Origin: a virus
Length of the DNA stretch: 64,000 bases
IMG/VR virus record: IMGVR_UViG_3300048834_000455
Location: 1-64,000 of that record
Direction: 5' to 3' (one strand)
Under the pieces are notes generated by a model that was not told the origin of the DNA, did not search any database, and was given only the letters and a program-made list of their open reading frames with translations. This document shows, piece after piece, positions 25,481-34,905 of the stretch (positions within the stretch are counted from its first letter, which is position 1; every line of letters starts with the position of its first letter). Position numbers and translations under genes: made by a program.

Positions 25481-25960
25481 TCAACCTTTCCCCCCCTTTT
25501 TCTTGTTGTTGCCACCGTCGCCGCGCTTCTTCTTGTCGTTCCGCGCGGCTAACTCGGCCTGCTCGGGAACCGCGACACCCATCTGAAGTGACTCCATCAT
25601 CAGCGCAAGGTTCTCATCAACGGCGCCGTCGGCGAACTTAGCCACCATCTCGTCGGTCCAAGCGAGTTGGTGGAGCGCTTTCTTGACTGCTTTGGCTTGC
25701 TGAATCTCGCCGTTTACGATCTGCATCGCGAGCTCAGGAGATATCGGCACAGGATCGTTCTCGTCTTCTCCCAGCAGCCAAGAGATTTTGACCCCGAGCT
25801 GCGCAGCCAACAGGGGCATCTGATCCCAGCTTGGCTTGTACTCCCCGTTGGTCCATCCGCCCACATTGCTGGCCCGCACGTCCATGCGCTTAGCCAGTTC
25901 ATACTTGCTTATCCCAAGCGCATTCCGCGCCATCTCTAGCCTTTCGGCAAATCGATCCAT
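25481..25960 (-). CDS. CI-like XRE repressor with no S24 peptidase domain
   Basis: FAERLEMAR..SKYELAKRMDV..VGGWTNGEYKPS..LAAQLGVKISWLLGE. Confidence 0.88.
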   Translation of the reverse strand: MDRFAERLEMARNALGISKYELAKRMDVRASNVGGWTNGEYKPSWDQMPLLAAQLGVKISWLLGEDENDPVPISPELAMQIVNGEIQQAKAVKKALHQLAWTDEMVAKFADGAVDENLALMMESLQMGVAVPEQAELAARNDKKKRGDGGNNKKKGGKG

Positions 25961-25967
25961 ATCGGCG

Positions 25968-26037
25968 ATCCTAATGCAGAAGTTCTGTATTGACAACGAC
26001 CGGTTCATCTGTCATAAATGAATACAGAGGAACTGTA
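25968..26037. promoter_or_regulatory. Lysis-lysogeny switch: PRM/PR-like promoters and three operators
   Basis: Minus strand TTGTCA-17-TAGGAT, 7 nt before the cI ATG; plus strand TTGACA at 25990; TRCAG-N5-CTGTA boxes at 25975 and 26023, with a degenerate box at 25999. Confidence 0.7.
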
Positions 26038-26040
26038 ATA

Positions 26041-26259
26041 GTGACTGTAGCCGAAAAGATAAAAGCCCTCCGTCAAGAGCGCGGACTCACCATGAAAGAG
26101 CTAGCCGAGGCCCTGGGGCTCAAGCACGCTTCACAGGTATCTAACTGGGAGAACGAGGCCAACGGGCCCAGCAAAACTGCCATTGTTCGCCTGGCCGAAT
26201 TCTTCGGGAAAGACACCGGATTCTTTTTGGAAGGCGCAAGTACCGCAACCAAAAGTTGA
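26041..26259 (+). CDS. Cro-like XRE protein
   Basis: KIKALRQERGLTMKELAEALG..VSNWENEANGPS; divergent from cI. Confidence 0.88.
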   Translation: MTVAEKIKALRQERGLTMKELAEALGLKHASQVSNWENEANGPSKTAIVRLAEFFGKDTGFFLEGASTATKS

Positions 26260-26354
26260 CGGCCCTTGGTGGGCCACGACACGGCGTGTTCATACGCCGA
26301 TTATACGGCCGCTCTCGGTATCGCGGGACGCGCCTACAAGAAAGGAGTGAGAAA

Positions 26355-26588
26355 ATGTATAGACCCGTGATGCAGGGAGGCCGTGGATTCGTGAGCCTCA
26401 CCCCCGAAATCGACAAACACCAAGAGTACTGGGAAAACGTCGTCTCCATCGGCCTGACGCAGATTCAACGCTGCGAGGATGCCCGGTGGAAGGTCCGTCA
26501 AGCCGTCGAGGAGCGCAAGGTGATTCCCGTCGACTTTCAACCCCGACCCGCCCAGATAAGAACAAAGCCGCCCAAAAGAGCGGCTTAG
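26355..26588 (+). CDS. Hypothetical protein
   Basis: AAAGGAG RBS. Confidence 0.55.
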   Translation: MYRPVMQGGRGFVSLTPEIDKHQEYWENVVSIGLTQIQRCEDARWKVRQAVEERKVIPVDFQPRPAQIRTKPPKRAA

Positions 26589-26680
26589 CTTTCCCGCTCG
26601 GCGTTCACAGCGCCGGGTGGGGTTCCCTCGGAGAGAGTTCTTGCCTCCGAGTATATCAACCGCTGGAGGTTTTCACAAGA

Positions 26681-26902
26681 GTGTCTGCTCTAACCCTGAC
26701 CGTAAAAGACATCGCTACTGACCTTCGTGTCCACGAGGACACCATCTACCGCGCTCTCTGGGCCGGGAAGCTCCGTGGCACCAAGCACAGCTTCGGCTGG
26801 CGCATTGCCCCATCTGACTACCGCAAGTGGCTCGACCATCATAGCTCTTCGCCTGCCGACGAGAAGGAAGCTCTGAAGGAGGCCCTCTATGGCCGCCGCT
26901 AA
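26681..26902 (+). CDS. Excisionase-like HTH_17 protein
   Basis: LTVKDIATDLRVHEDTIYRALWAGKLRG..WRI; GGAGGT RBS. Confidence 0.8.
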   Translation: MSALTLTVKDIATDLRVHEDTIYRALWAGKLRGTKHSFGWRIAPSDYRKWLDHHSSSPADEKEALKEALYGRR

Positions 26903-27089
26903 CGACCGCTACGCCCTCGGTGTCCACACCATCTCCGAGGACGCTTACCCCGCGTTCCTGCTGGCTAAAATCCAGGCCGACCACGCGCAAGCCCCCGCAG
27001 AATCCCCCCTCCTCGGAGCCGCCGCCGTCGTTGGCGCCGTGCTGGGCGTCGTCCTCGTGTGCTACTGGCTGGGAGGTGTGTTGTCATGA
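26889..27089 (+). CDS. Small membrane protein
   Basis: C-terminal TM segment; AAGGAGG RBS. Confidence 0.55.
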   Translation: MAAANDRYALGVHTISEDAYPAFLLAKIQADHAQAPAESPLLGAAAVVGAVLGVVLVCYWLGGVLS

Positions 27090-27373
27090 GGGAGATTCAC
27101 AGCATCCGCTACAGTCTCACGCTGGGCAGCCGCGCCGACGAGGTGTTCGCCGACACCTTGTGGGCCGAGGGCGAGAAGTTCGCGCGCATCCTCCAGGACG
27201 GCGACCTCGTGACCGCCGTTCTCGCGGAGGTGCCCGAGGGGCTATCGTCGCGGCCGGCGCGCACGTTCACCTGTCCCCTGGAGGCCGTCAAGTGGCTCAC
27301 CCGTGGCCTGCGTAGCGACGCCCGAGCGCTGTACATCGAGGCCGAGCAGGCGCAAGGGCTGGTGGCGGCATGA
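27086..27373 (+). CDS. Hypothetical protein
   Basis: ATGA coupling; GGAGGT RBS. Confidence 0.55.
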   Translation: MREIHSIRYSLTLGSRADEVFADTLWAEGEKFARILQDGDLVTAVLAEVPEGLSSRPARTFTCPLEAVKWLTRGLRSDARALYIEAEQAQGLVAA

Positions 27374-27612
27374 GCTATCTAGTACGCCTACCCGTCTGGA
27401 TCGAGGTCTACGCCGACGAGGCTCCCGCCGACCCCGAGGCCTTCGCCAAAGACGCCGCCGAGGATGGAAGTGCCAACCTGGTGGTGGTCGGACCCGCCGA
27501 GACCACTTGCGTTGACTGCGGTCTCGGGCCTGACCACTGCGGGTGTGTCTCAGACGACGAGGACGCCCGCCAACTCGATAACCTGCAGAGAGCGAGAGAT
27601 ATCGCGGCATGA
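27370..27612 (+). CDS. Hypothetical protein
   Basis: ATGA coupling; CVDC..HCGC motif. Confidence 0.5.
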   Translation: MSYLVRLPVWIEVYADEAPADPEAFAKDAAEDGSANLVVVGPAETTCVDCGLGPDHCGCVSDDEDARQLDNLQRARDIAA

Positions 27613-28202
27613 TCGAAACTTCTCACCTCCAAATCGCCCGTGACGCCCTCCGCGAAAAAGTCGATGCCCTTGAAAAAGAGCGCGATAAGGCCGCGAAGGC
27701 GGTGCGGGAATACACGAATGTAGGCGACTGGCTTGCCCTCGGTCGGGAGCACTACGAGGCTTTTGAGGCCGCCGCCACCGAGCGATACCGCGAGGCGCTG
27801 TTTGCCCTGGACGCGCTAGGCAACCGCCTGGAGAGCCTGGAGCGCAAAGTCAAGAAGGCTCCCAGCTCGGTGACCCTCGCCTTCACCATGTCGATGCCTG
27901 GCCGCAACTCGTGGAACGGGCGCTGGTCGGGCGAGGACAAGGTCTACGCCCTGGTCCGCACCTTTCGCGGCAAAGACGTTCCCGCAGCGCAGGCCCTGGT
28001 CGCTAAAGACTACCTCTACCGCTGGGATGACGGCTGGTGCGCGGGCGTAACCGTCACCGAAGTCACGAGCGCGGAGGCTGCCAAGCTGCGCCGCAAGTCG
28101 GCCGGCTTCTGCGGCTACGACTGGATGGTTGGCTCGATCGTCAGACACGGCCGCATCACCACCGACCACGACCTTGCCAAGGAGGCTTCATGCGCAACCT
28201 AA
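27609..28202 (+). CDS. Conserved phage protein
   Basis: SMPGRNSWNGRWSGE..YRWDDGWCA..GFCGYDWMV motif set. Confidence 0.65.
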   Translation: MIETSHLQIARDALREKVDALEKERDKAAKAVREYTNVGDWLALGREHYEAFEAAATERYREALFALDALGNRLESLERKVKKAPSSVTLAFTMSMPGRNSWNGRWSGEDKVYALVRTFRGKDVPAAQALVAKDYLYRWDDGWCAGVTVTEVTSAEAAKLRRKSAGFCGYDWMVGSIVRHGRITTDHDLAKEASCAT

Positions 28203-28414
28203 CCATGTACGGCTACGCCGCCGAGGGCAAGCACGATCTCGGTGCCTACGCCTTTCTTCACGAAGACCAGCGCGACGAGGAGGCCAAAGAGGCCCACCGT
28301 TTCGGTACCAACACCCGTGTGCGGAAATTCAAGTTCACGCTCGAGTTTGCCGAGGACCTGTTCCCGGCCGAGCCCGAGGTTAACGGCGGAGCGACCAAGG
28401 CGGTGCTTTCATGA
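28190..28414 (+). CDS. Hypothetical protein
   Basis: AAGGAGG RBS. Confidence 0.55.
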   Translation: MRNLTMYGYAAEGKHDLGAYAFLHEDQRDEEAKEAHRFGTNTRVRKFKFTLEFAEDLFPAEPEVNGGATKAVLS

Positions 28415-28638
28415 ACGGCTTCACCGACGAGCAATGGGTTCGCTACCAAGCGGAGCACACCGCCGCCGCTACCGAGATGCTCTATCGCAACGTGCGCGAC
28501 AAAGCCACCGAGGTGCACAACGAGAAGCTGCGCGAGCTTCGCCCCATCGGCGGTGTCATCGCTAGCGCCGTCACCGGCAACCCCCAGGCCCCGGCCGAGG
28601 TTCGCGAGTTCTGGGCGCGGATTGGAGACCGCAAGTGA
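28411..28638 (+). CDS. Hypothetical protein
   Basis: ATGA coupling. Confidence 0.55.
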   Translation: MNGFTDEQWVRYQAEHTAAATEMLYRNVRDKATEVHNEKLRELRPIGGVIASAVTGNPQAPAEVREFWARIGDRK

Positions 28639-28892
28639 AGATCCATCCCACGTTTCGCGCCGCCGAGTATCCCGTCGACTGGAGCCGCCTCACCGTGCTC
28701 TCGGTGGCGCTGGGCAAGCTGCCTTGCTACGGCGAGCCCGACCCCTACCTCGCACACCTCGTTGACCGCGACCCGCCTGCGCTGTCCGAGGCGCGGATGG
28801 AGGACCTGCGGGGCCTGGCCCGTGCCGGCGTGACACCCGAGGAGATTCTGGCGAGGCTTTCGCCGGACGAGCTTGCGAGGTTGCCCTACTGA
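28635..28892 (+). CDS. Hypothetical protein
   Basis: GTGA coupling. Confidence 0.5.
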   Translation: MKIHPTFRAAEYPVDWSRLTVLSVALGKLPCYGEPDPYLAHLVDRDPPALSEARMEDLRGLARAGVTPEEILARLSPDELARLPY

Positions 28893-29317
28893 TGGCCACT
28901 AACGAGAAAATCGAATCCCGCCTGATGTCGCACGTCTACGCTCTCGAACTGCTGAAATCAGAGTTCATGGAGATCATCTCCGCCGAGGAGCCCGCGACCG
29001 ACCGGGCCGTCAAGGCGGCCGCCCTCTTTGCCCGAGCAACGGAGGACTTCGGGTCCTTTATCGCCTGCGTGAAGGACGACATTGCCCATCTGGTGCCCGC
29101 CGCGAAAGACGAGTTCCAGGTGGGGAAAATCCGCGTTCGCCATACCATCACCGAAAACAAGAAGCTCGACCAGGAGCGCTGGGCCGAAGCCGTAGGCGCA
29201 TCTGAGGAGTTGGCCCGTATCGAGCAGGCTTCCACCCAAGCCGCTGCGGCTCTCCGAAAGGCGCGCCTCCCCTATATGCTGCCGAGCTATGGCATTGAGA
29301 TCAAGGAAGTGAAGTGA
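28892..29317 (+). CDS. Recombination-module protein (Gam/gp157-like position)
   Basis: Helical protein ending IEIKEVK, directly before the AAA gene. Confidence 0.5.
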   Translation: MATNEKIESRLMSHVYALELLKSEFMEIISAEEPATDRAVKAAALFARATEDFGSFIACVKDDIAHLVPAAKDEFQVGKIRVRHTITENKKLDQERWAEAVGASEELARIEQASTQAAAALRKARLPYMLPSYGIEIKEVK

Positions 29318-29318
29318 T

Positions 29319-30533
29319 ATGAGCATTTTTAAGAAAGCCACCCGTGACCAACTGAAGCTCCGCATGGCGCTGGCCGGCCCGAGCGGGAGCGGCAAGACGT
29401 TCTCCGCCATGACCATCGCCAAGCGATTCGGGAAGGTCGCGGTCATTGACACCGAGCACCGCAGCGCCAGTCGCTACGCCGACCTGTTCGAGTTCGACGT
29501 GGACGAGTTCGAGCCACCGTTCCATCCCGACCGCCTGATCCGCCACATCAACGCCGCCGAAGAGGCAGGCTACGACGTTGTGGTCGTGGATAGCCTGTCC
29601 CATTTCTGGGCTGGCAAAGGCGGCATCCTAGAGATTGTCGACGAGGTGACCGCCAAGTCTCGCAGCAAGAATTCTTACAATGCCTGGAACGATGGCACGG
29701 CCATCTTCAACGACATGGTCGACAAGATCATCCGCTGCAAGATTCACATCATCTGCACTATGCGAAGCAAGTCTGAGTACCTCCAGACCGAGGACGACAA
29801 GGGCCGCAAGAAGATCGAGAAGGTCGGTACCAAGCCCATCCAGCGTGATGGCCTGGAATATGAGTTTGACCTCGTTTACGACATGGACCTTCAACACAAG
29901 GCCATCGTCTGCAAGAGCCGCGTGTTCGGTGCTCCGGACGTGGTGCGTTTGCCCGGTGTAGAGTTGGCCGAGCTTCTCTACAACTGGACGCAGACCGGGT
30001 CTCCACCAGCGCCGAGCCAGCCGGCGAAGACTCCCGAGGAAGATCGCCATGCCCGCACCCTGGCCCGCCTCCGTGAGTTGTTCGGCAAGGTTTATGGCAA
30101 AGACGCCAAGGCCTTCTCCGAGACCTTCGGCGTGGAGGCCAAGGACCTGCCCTCTCTGTCTCTCGAGGAGCTGGAGGCCATCGGTCGCGGTCTGGCCGCC
30201 CTGTCCGAGAAACGCCTGCAACCCGCACCACCTGCCGACCCTGAGCCCGTGACCACTCCCGCCAAGGCGGAGCCGCTGTTCAAGGATGCCAACCCCGAGA
30301 AGTACGCCTCGATGAAGGCCAAGCTGTTCGCGGTGGCCGGCGAGGTTTGGCCCGACGACGTGAAGAGCGAGAAGACCTACGCTTTCTTCGCCGAGCACAG
30401 CCTTCTCGCTGGACACCCCACGCAGGCCCGCCGTTCCGTGAGCCTGTCGACCGAGCGCCAACTCTCCGACGCCATCAAAGCCGTCGAGAAGAAGCACACC
30501 ACCAAAGCCGCCCTGACCGGCGTGAAAAACTAG
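29319..30533 (+). CDS. AAA_24/Sak4-like ATPase
   Basis: LAGPSGSGKT, VIDTEHRSASRYAD, VVDSLSHFW and QRDGLEYEFD motifs. Confidence 0.9.
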   Translation: MSIFKKATRDQLKLRMALAGPSGSGKTFSAMTIAKRFGKVAVIDTEHRSASRYADLFEFDVDEFEPPFHPDRLIRHINAAEEAGYDVVVVDSLSHFWAGKGGILEIVDEVTAKSRSKNSYNAWNDGTAIFNDMVDKIIRCKIHIICTMRSKSEYLQTEDDKGRKKIEKVGTKPIQRDGLEYEFDLVYDMDLQHKAIVCKSRVFGAPDVVRLPGVELAELLYNWTQTGSPPAPSQPAKTPEEDRHARTLARLRELFGKVYGKDAKAFSETFGVEAKDLPSLSLEELEAIGRGLAALSEKRLQPAPPADPEPVTTPAKAEPLFKDANPEKYASMKAKLFAVAGEVWPDDVKSEKTYAFFAEHSLLAGHPTQARRSVSLSTERQLSDAIKAVEKKHTTKAALTGVKN

Positions 30534-30542
30534 GAGAAGACC

Positions 30543-30986
30543 ATGAATTCTGTTGCTATTACGGGCCGCTTAGGCGGAGACCCCGAATTGAGATTCACGA
30601 ACAACGGGAAAGCCGTTGCTTCGTTCTCACTGGCCATCAAGCAGACCAAAGAGATTACCCATTGGGTACAGTGTGAAGCGTGGGAGAAGACCGCCGAGTT
30701 CATCAACCAGTATTTCGTAAAGGGCGATGGCATCGAGATTGTCGGCTCCCTCAAAGAGGAGACCTGGCAAGATAAAAACGGTGGAGGCAAGCGCTCTAAG
30801 CTCATGGTGCGCGTTGGCCAGGCGCACTTCCCCGAAGGCAAAGCCGGTGGCAATGGCGGACAGGGAGAGGGCGACCGCCAGCCTGCCCGAAGTGGCCAGC
30901 AGTCATCTCGTGGCGGGCGCAACGACTACGGCAACGACTCGGGGCTGAACCACGACGACCTCGGACCCGACGAGATCCCGTTTTGA
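30543..30986 (+). CDS. ssb: Single-stranded DNA-binding protein
   Basis: GRLGGDPELRFT..AVASFSLA; acidic DEIPF tail. Confidence 0.95.
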   Translation: MNSVAITGRLGGDPELRFTNNGKAVASFSLAIKQTKEITHWVQCEAWEKTAEFINQYFVKGDGIEIVGSLKEETWQDKNGGGKRSKLMVRVGQAHFPEGKAGGNGGQGEGDRQPARSGQQSSRGGRNDYGNDSGLNHDDLGPDEIPF

Positions 30987-31213
30987 TGGCCACCTCTACC
31001 CCCACCCAACTCTATCGCATCGAGGCGCAGGTATCTCCCCTCCACGCCGAGGCCCTCACCCTCCGCGGCTATGCCTTCGCTCCCGAGCCAAAGGGAGTCT
31101 GGCAGCGCACGGTTCCCGAGGCCGACCGCGACCGCGAGCTAGCGTGGGTCGACGCCAACGCCCCTGGCTGCCGTCGCAAGGCTGTGGCTGTTCCGCTGGA
31201 GGTGGCGAGATGA
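30986..31213 (+). CDS. Hypothetical protein
   Basis: TGATG coupling. Confidence 0.5.
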   Translation: MATSTPTQLYRIEAQVSPLHAEALTLRGYAFAPEPKGVWQRTVPEADRDRELAWVDANAPGCRRKAVAVPLEVAR

Positions 31214-31632
31214 GCGACCTTAGCCCCAAAGACCACCTTCGCGAAGCCGTGGCCGCCCTGCGCGAGAAGCTCGAGGAGATGCCCGACCAATGCTGGAGCG
31301 CCGAGGAAATCGACGCCACCCGCCAAGCCCTGGGCTATCTCCAGAGCTTGGCCAAGGTCGCCAATGCTATCACCGTGACGGCTAAGACTAGGCCCGGTCG
31401 CGGTGAGTGGGTCGACTTCGAGCACCGCAACTGCGACGGCACCGTGTCCATCCAGCGTGTCTACGACGAGACGAGCGGTCACCGAGGCCTGTTCATCCCC
31501 GACAAGGGCATCAAGCCCAATCATGCCGACACCATCAAGGCCGAGGGCTGGGACGCTATGGCGCGAGGCCTTCTCGACCACATGGCCGTCGCTGAGTGGA
31601 CCCGCCGCAACCGGACAGAGGTAACACCGTGA
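31210..31632 (+). CDS. Hypothetical protein
   Basis: GGAGGT RBS; ATGA coupling. Confidence 0.55.
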   Translation: MSDLSPKDHLREAVAALREKLEEMPDQCWSAEEIDATRQALGYLQSLAKVANAITVTAKTRPGRGEWVDFEHRNCDGTVSIQRVYDETSGHRGLFIPDKGIKPNHADTIKAEGWDAMARGLLDHMAVAEWTRRNRTEVTP

Positions 31633-32213
31633 AGCCCCTATCCACCAAACCCATCATCCGCGACGGCGTCACCATCGCCAACGCCTACCAGTGGAGCTTC
31701 GGTTGGTGCGCCGAGTGGGTCGAGTTTGAGGGCGAACAGGAGAAGGCTCGACCCTTCAGCCTCCTCAGTCACCCCTCCAGCAAGCACGATATTTGCGCCA
31801 CCTTCGAGACTCTGAAGCAGAACGTGCTCCGAACGCATGCCGAGCTGACGAAGCAGGGCCTGGCGTTCAATGCCGTGCCTCCGACTGTCGAGGTGGTCTT
31901 CTACGGTGCCAGCGACGACAACATTGAGATCGAGGGTCCGATAGAAGGCGCTGACGAGTACGGCGCTTGGATGAGCCGCGACCACAGGGGCTGCGGGGTG
32001 GTCGGCATCTTCCTCCTTGAGGGCTACGGTGGAGCCTGCCATATCAACGCCATCTATGACGGCTGCTGGTCGTTTGCCGTGGGCCAGACCGAGGAGAACA
32101 CGCCCCTGCCGCCCTGGCCAGTATCGTTGTCGGCCGAGGGCTACACCACCAAGCTTACCCTGACCGTGCCCGTGGGAACTAGCGTGAGCAAGGTTGGTGA
32201 CGACGATGAGTAG
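31629..32213 (+). CDS. Conserved phage protein
   Basis: FYGASDDNIEIEG..DEYG..GCWSF motif. Confidence 0.6.
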   Translation: MKPLSTKPIIRDGVTIANAYQWSFGWCAEWVEFEGEQEKARPFSLLSHPSSKHDICATFETLKQNVLRTHAELTKQGLAFNAVPPTVEVVFYGASDDNIEIEGPIEGADEYGAWMSRDHRGCGVVGIFLLEGYGGACHINAIYDGCWSFAVGQTEENTPLPPWPVSLSAEGYTTKLTLTVPVGTSVSKVGDDDE

Positions 32214-32754
32214 CCCCTTCAACCCCTTCGTCGTTGCCGTGGAGGCGCTGCGCGAACGCATCGACGCCTACGAGGACGTTATCGCTACCCGCGAGGAGCA
32301 CGACGTGCCCACCGACTCCCACGAGCAGCGATTGGCTGACACTCGAAAGGCGCTGGCTCGCTTCGAGCGCCTAGCCGCCAGAGAGGTGGAGGCGCCCGGC
32401 GAGGGCTCTCTATCGCTCGGCAACCTCACTTACGCCCCCGAGGCTGACGGCGCCCTTCGTGTCGACCTCGACGGCTACGGGGTTAGCGGGCGCATGTGGA
32501 TGGACACGGCCGAGAAGGTCGCCCTCCATCGCTACCTTGGCGGCTTCGTGTTGCCGAAGGTGGAGCGGTTCCCTGTTGGCTCGCGCACGGATGCGGCGGG
32601 CTTCACCGGCAGGCCGTGGGTGGACATCGCTGTCTATCGCACGACGAACCGCGTTCACGTTGGCGAGAAGGTCTTGACGCCGAAGGGGGCCCGTGCCCTT
32701 GCCGCGTGTCTGCAGGCTGCTGCTGATGAAGCGGAGGGGGTGGCCAATGCTTAA
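32206..32754 (+). CDS. Hypothetical protein
   Basis: Overlap coupling; C-terminal LTPKGARALAACLQAAAD motif. Confidence 0.55.
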   Translation: MSSPFNPFVVAVEALRERIDAYEDVIATREEHDVPTDSHEQRLADTRKALARFERLAAREVEAPGEGSLSLGNLTYAPEADGALRVDLDGYGVSGRMWMDTAEKVALHRYLGGFVLPKVERFPVGSRTDAAGFTGRPWVDIAVYRTTNRVHVGEKVLTPKGARALAACLQAAADEAEGVANA

Positions 32755-33388
32755 GCCCTCCTTCATCACCTTCACCGGCGTCGACGAGCGCACCGACTGG
32801 CAGCGCGTCCAAGCGCTAAGCGACCGCTATCCCGTGGAATGGGCCGCGCTGTTTTCTCGGGACCGGCAGGGCCGCGAACGGCGCTACCCGTCAGCGGCCT
32901 GCATAGGGGCGTTTCGCGCTCTGCCCGTGACCAAGGCGGCCCACGTCTGCGGATGCTACGCCAAAGCGGTCATGGCCTGGTCTCAAGTTGACCTCGACCT
33001 GACGGGCTTCGACCGTATTCAGGTCAACCACAGTAAGCCCGAGGCCGGTGCTATTCGCGCTTTCGCTCAGGAGTGGGGAGCGAAGGGCATCATGCAGACC
33101 CGCACCCTCGAGTTTCCTTACGGCCAACGCGTTGCACAACTCTTCGACCGCTCAGGCGGGCGTGGAGAATATCCGAGCCGTTGGCCCACCCACCCCGGCA
33201 ACGGTCGTCTCGTGGGCTATGCTGGCGGTATCGGCCCCGACAACGTGCTCGACACTCTCCGCGCCATCGTCGCGACCGGCCCTTACTGGATCGACATGGA
33301 GAGCGGCGTGCGCACGGACGACTGGCTGGACCTCGACAAGTGCGAGGCTGTGCTGCGGGCGGTGTATGGCAAGGCGGTGCCCCGATGA
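32747..33388 (+). CDS. TIM-barrel phosphoribosylanthranilate-isomerase-like phage protein
   Basis: ITFTGVDE, RIQVN, LFDRSGGRG, VGYAGGIGPDNV and WIDMESGVR motifs. Confidence 0.75.
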   Translation: MLKPSFITFTGVDERTDWQRVQALSDRYPVEWAALFSRDRQGRERRYPSAACIGAFRALPVTKAAHVCGCYAKAVMAWSQVDLDLTGFDRIQVNHSKPEAGAIRAFAQEWGAKGIMQTRTLEFPYGQRVAQLFDRSGGRGEYPSRWPTHPGNGRLVGYAGGIGPDNVLDTLRAIVATGPYWIDMESGVRTDDWLDLDKCEAVLRAVYGKAVPR

Positions 33389-33603
33389 ACGCCAAGGCCC
33401 GCAAAGCGCTGCTCGCCCACGAGGTATTCGGCCAACTCGCGGCGGCCATCGAGTGGCACGTGGCGACTAGCGACTGGGACGCCTTCAACTCCGACGACTT
33501 CACGGCCGAGGAAATTCAGGCCGCACTGGAAGAGCATCGCCAGAAGTTCCGCGCTAAAGCCCACGAGAACTGGAACAGGTTCAAGCGGGAGGTCCACCGA
33601 TGA
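33385..33603 (+). CDS. Hypothetical protein
   Basis: ATGA coupling. Confidence 0.5.
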   Translation: MNAKARKALLAHEVFGQLAAAIEWHVATSDWDAFNSDDFTAEEIQAALEEHRQKFRAKAHENWNRFKREVHR

Positions 33604-33736
33604 GCGTCCCCCGTTTCGTTCTAGAGGAGCCCATCGACTGGGCTCTCCTCGTTTGGTACCTATCGCCGGAAGAGCGATGGCTGTTGGCCGTGTTCTGCCG
33701 CGCCTTGCTCCGCGTAAGGTCGCAGGAGGCTACGGC

Positions 33737-34057
33737 ATGACCGACGAGGAGCTTCAGTACCTCAAGGATTGGCACCACAGCACTCAGGGCTTGATTGGTC
33801 TGGTTCACTGGAACCTAAAACAGGCGAACGGTCTGGGCGAGTTGGGTGACAAGAGCCAACGAGCCTACGAGTTGGTTTCGTCCTTCGTTCGTAACGCGCC
33901 GCGAAGCCCTGGCGAGCGTCGCCTAGCCGAGAGCCAAGCCAAGGCCGAAGCCCGTTACAAATACGGGGATGGCTGGTGCGACCAGATCAAAGACCACCGT
34001 TCCGAGTGCGAAGTCTGCATGAAGACCTACGACGACGGCGAGGTGCCACATGTCTAG
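33737..34057 (+). CDS. Hypothetical protein
   Basis: AGGAGG RBS. Confidence 0.55.
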   Translation: MTDEELQYLKDWHHSTQGLIGLVHWNLKQANGLGELGDKSQRAYELVSSFVRNAPRSPGERRLAESQAKAEARYKYGDGWCDQIKDHRSECEVCMKTYDDGEVPHV

Positions 34058-34376
34058 CACCCTAGCCCAACGTCTTCGCGTCGCCGCAGAAGCTGAGAAC
34101 GTTCGTCGTCACGTCACGCGGAGCCACCTCGACGGCATGGTGCGCTGGAAGGGCCGTCCCTCCTCGATAGGCCCGTTCCTCCTGCGCGTCCTGCAAACCG
34201 GCCCTGAGACATGGAGCGCGCTGGAGGTCGTGAAGGTCGAGTGCGGCCGCGATGGCCACTCGGAGCACTTCTACCAGCGCACGGGCGCCATCATCGCCAA
34301 CGCTGACAGCACTGATGCCGCTATCCGCGCCGGGCTTCTGGCGTTGGCGGAGCGACTGGAGGCCTCGAATGGCTAA
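34050..34376 (+). CDS. Hypothetical protein
   Basis: GAGGT RBS; 8-nt overlap. Confidence 0.55.
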   Translation: MSSTLAQRLRVAAEAENVRRHVTRSHLDGMVRWKGRPSSIGPFLLRVLQTGPETWSALEVVKVECGRDGHSEHFYQRTGAIIANADSTDAAIRAGLLALAERLEASNG

Positions 34377-34905
34377 GCGCACGGCAAACTTCGGCGACTC
34401 ACCTCGCACCGTTCCCGCCAACCCGCCCTTGCTCTTCCTCGACATCGACGGCGTGCTCAACGGCCACGAGCAACACGCGAACAAGTTCTGCGGCATCGGC
34501 GCAACCCAGGCCGCGTTCCTGAACCAGATTCTCGCCGACGTGCCCGACCTGCAGATCGTGGTCTCCTCCGCGTGGCGCTACATGATTCTCGGTGGGGCGA
34601 TGACCCTTAAGGGCTTCGAGCACTTGCTGCAGACCCACGGTGTCTGCGCCTACAACCGCCTGCACGGGCACACCGAGGCCGACCTAACCGACGAGATTCT
34701 TGGAGGCGGGCCGCCTCCATACGGTGGGAGAGCCGAGCTTATCGAGCGCTACGTCGACCAGCACCAGCCGAGCGCCTGGGCCGTCGTCGATGACCTGTTG
34801 CTCGCGGTCGACAACTTCGTGCAGACCGACCCCAAGCGGGGGCTCACCGAGGCGAACGTGGCCGACATCGTCACGATCCTGATGTGGGACGGGGCGACGC
34901 CATGA
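34369..34905 (+). CDS. HAD domain protein (Swiss Army Knife RNA-repair type)
   Basis: LFLDIDGVLN, IVVSSAWR, WAVVDD and FVQTDPKRGLT motifs. Confidence 0.85.
   Translation: MAKRTANFGDSPRTVPANPPLLFLDIDGVLNGHEQHANKFCGIGATQAAFLNQILADVPDLQIVVSSAWRYMILGGAMTLKGFEHLLQTHGVCAYNRLHGHTEADLTDEILGGGPPPYGGRAELIERYVDQHQPSAWAVVDDLLLAVDNFVQTDPKRGLTEANVADIVTILMWDGATP

Noticed and set aside
29628-30497. Long antisense ORFs (also 43002..43910, 36182..36961, 58k region)
   Set aside because: Shadow ORFs of high-GC coding genes, with no RBS or motifs.
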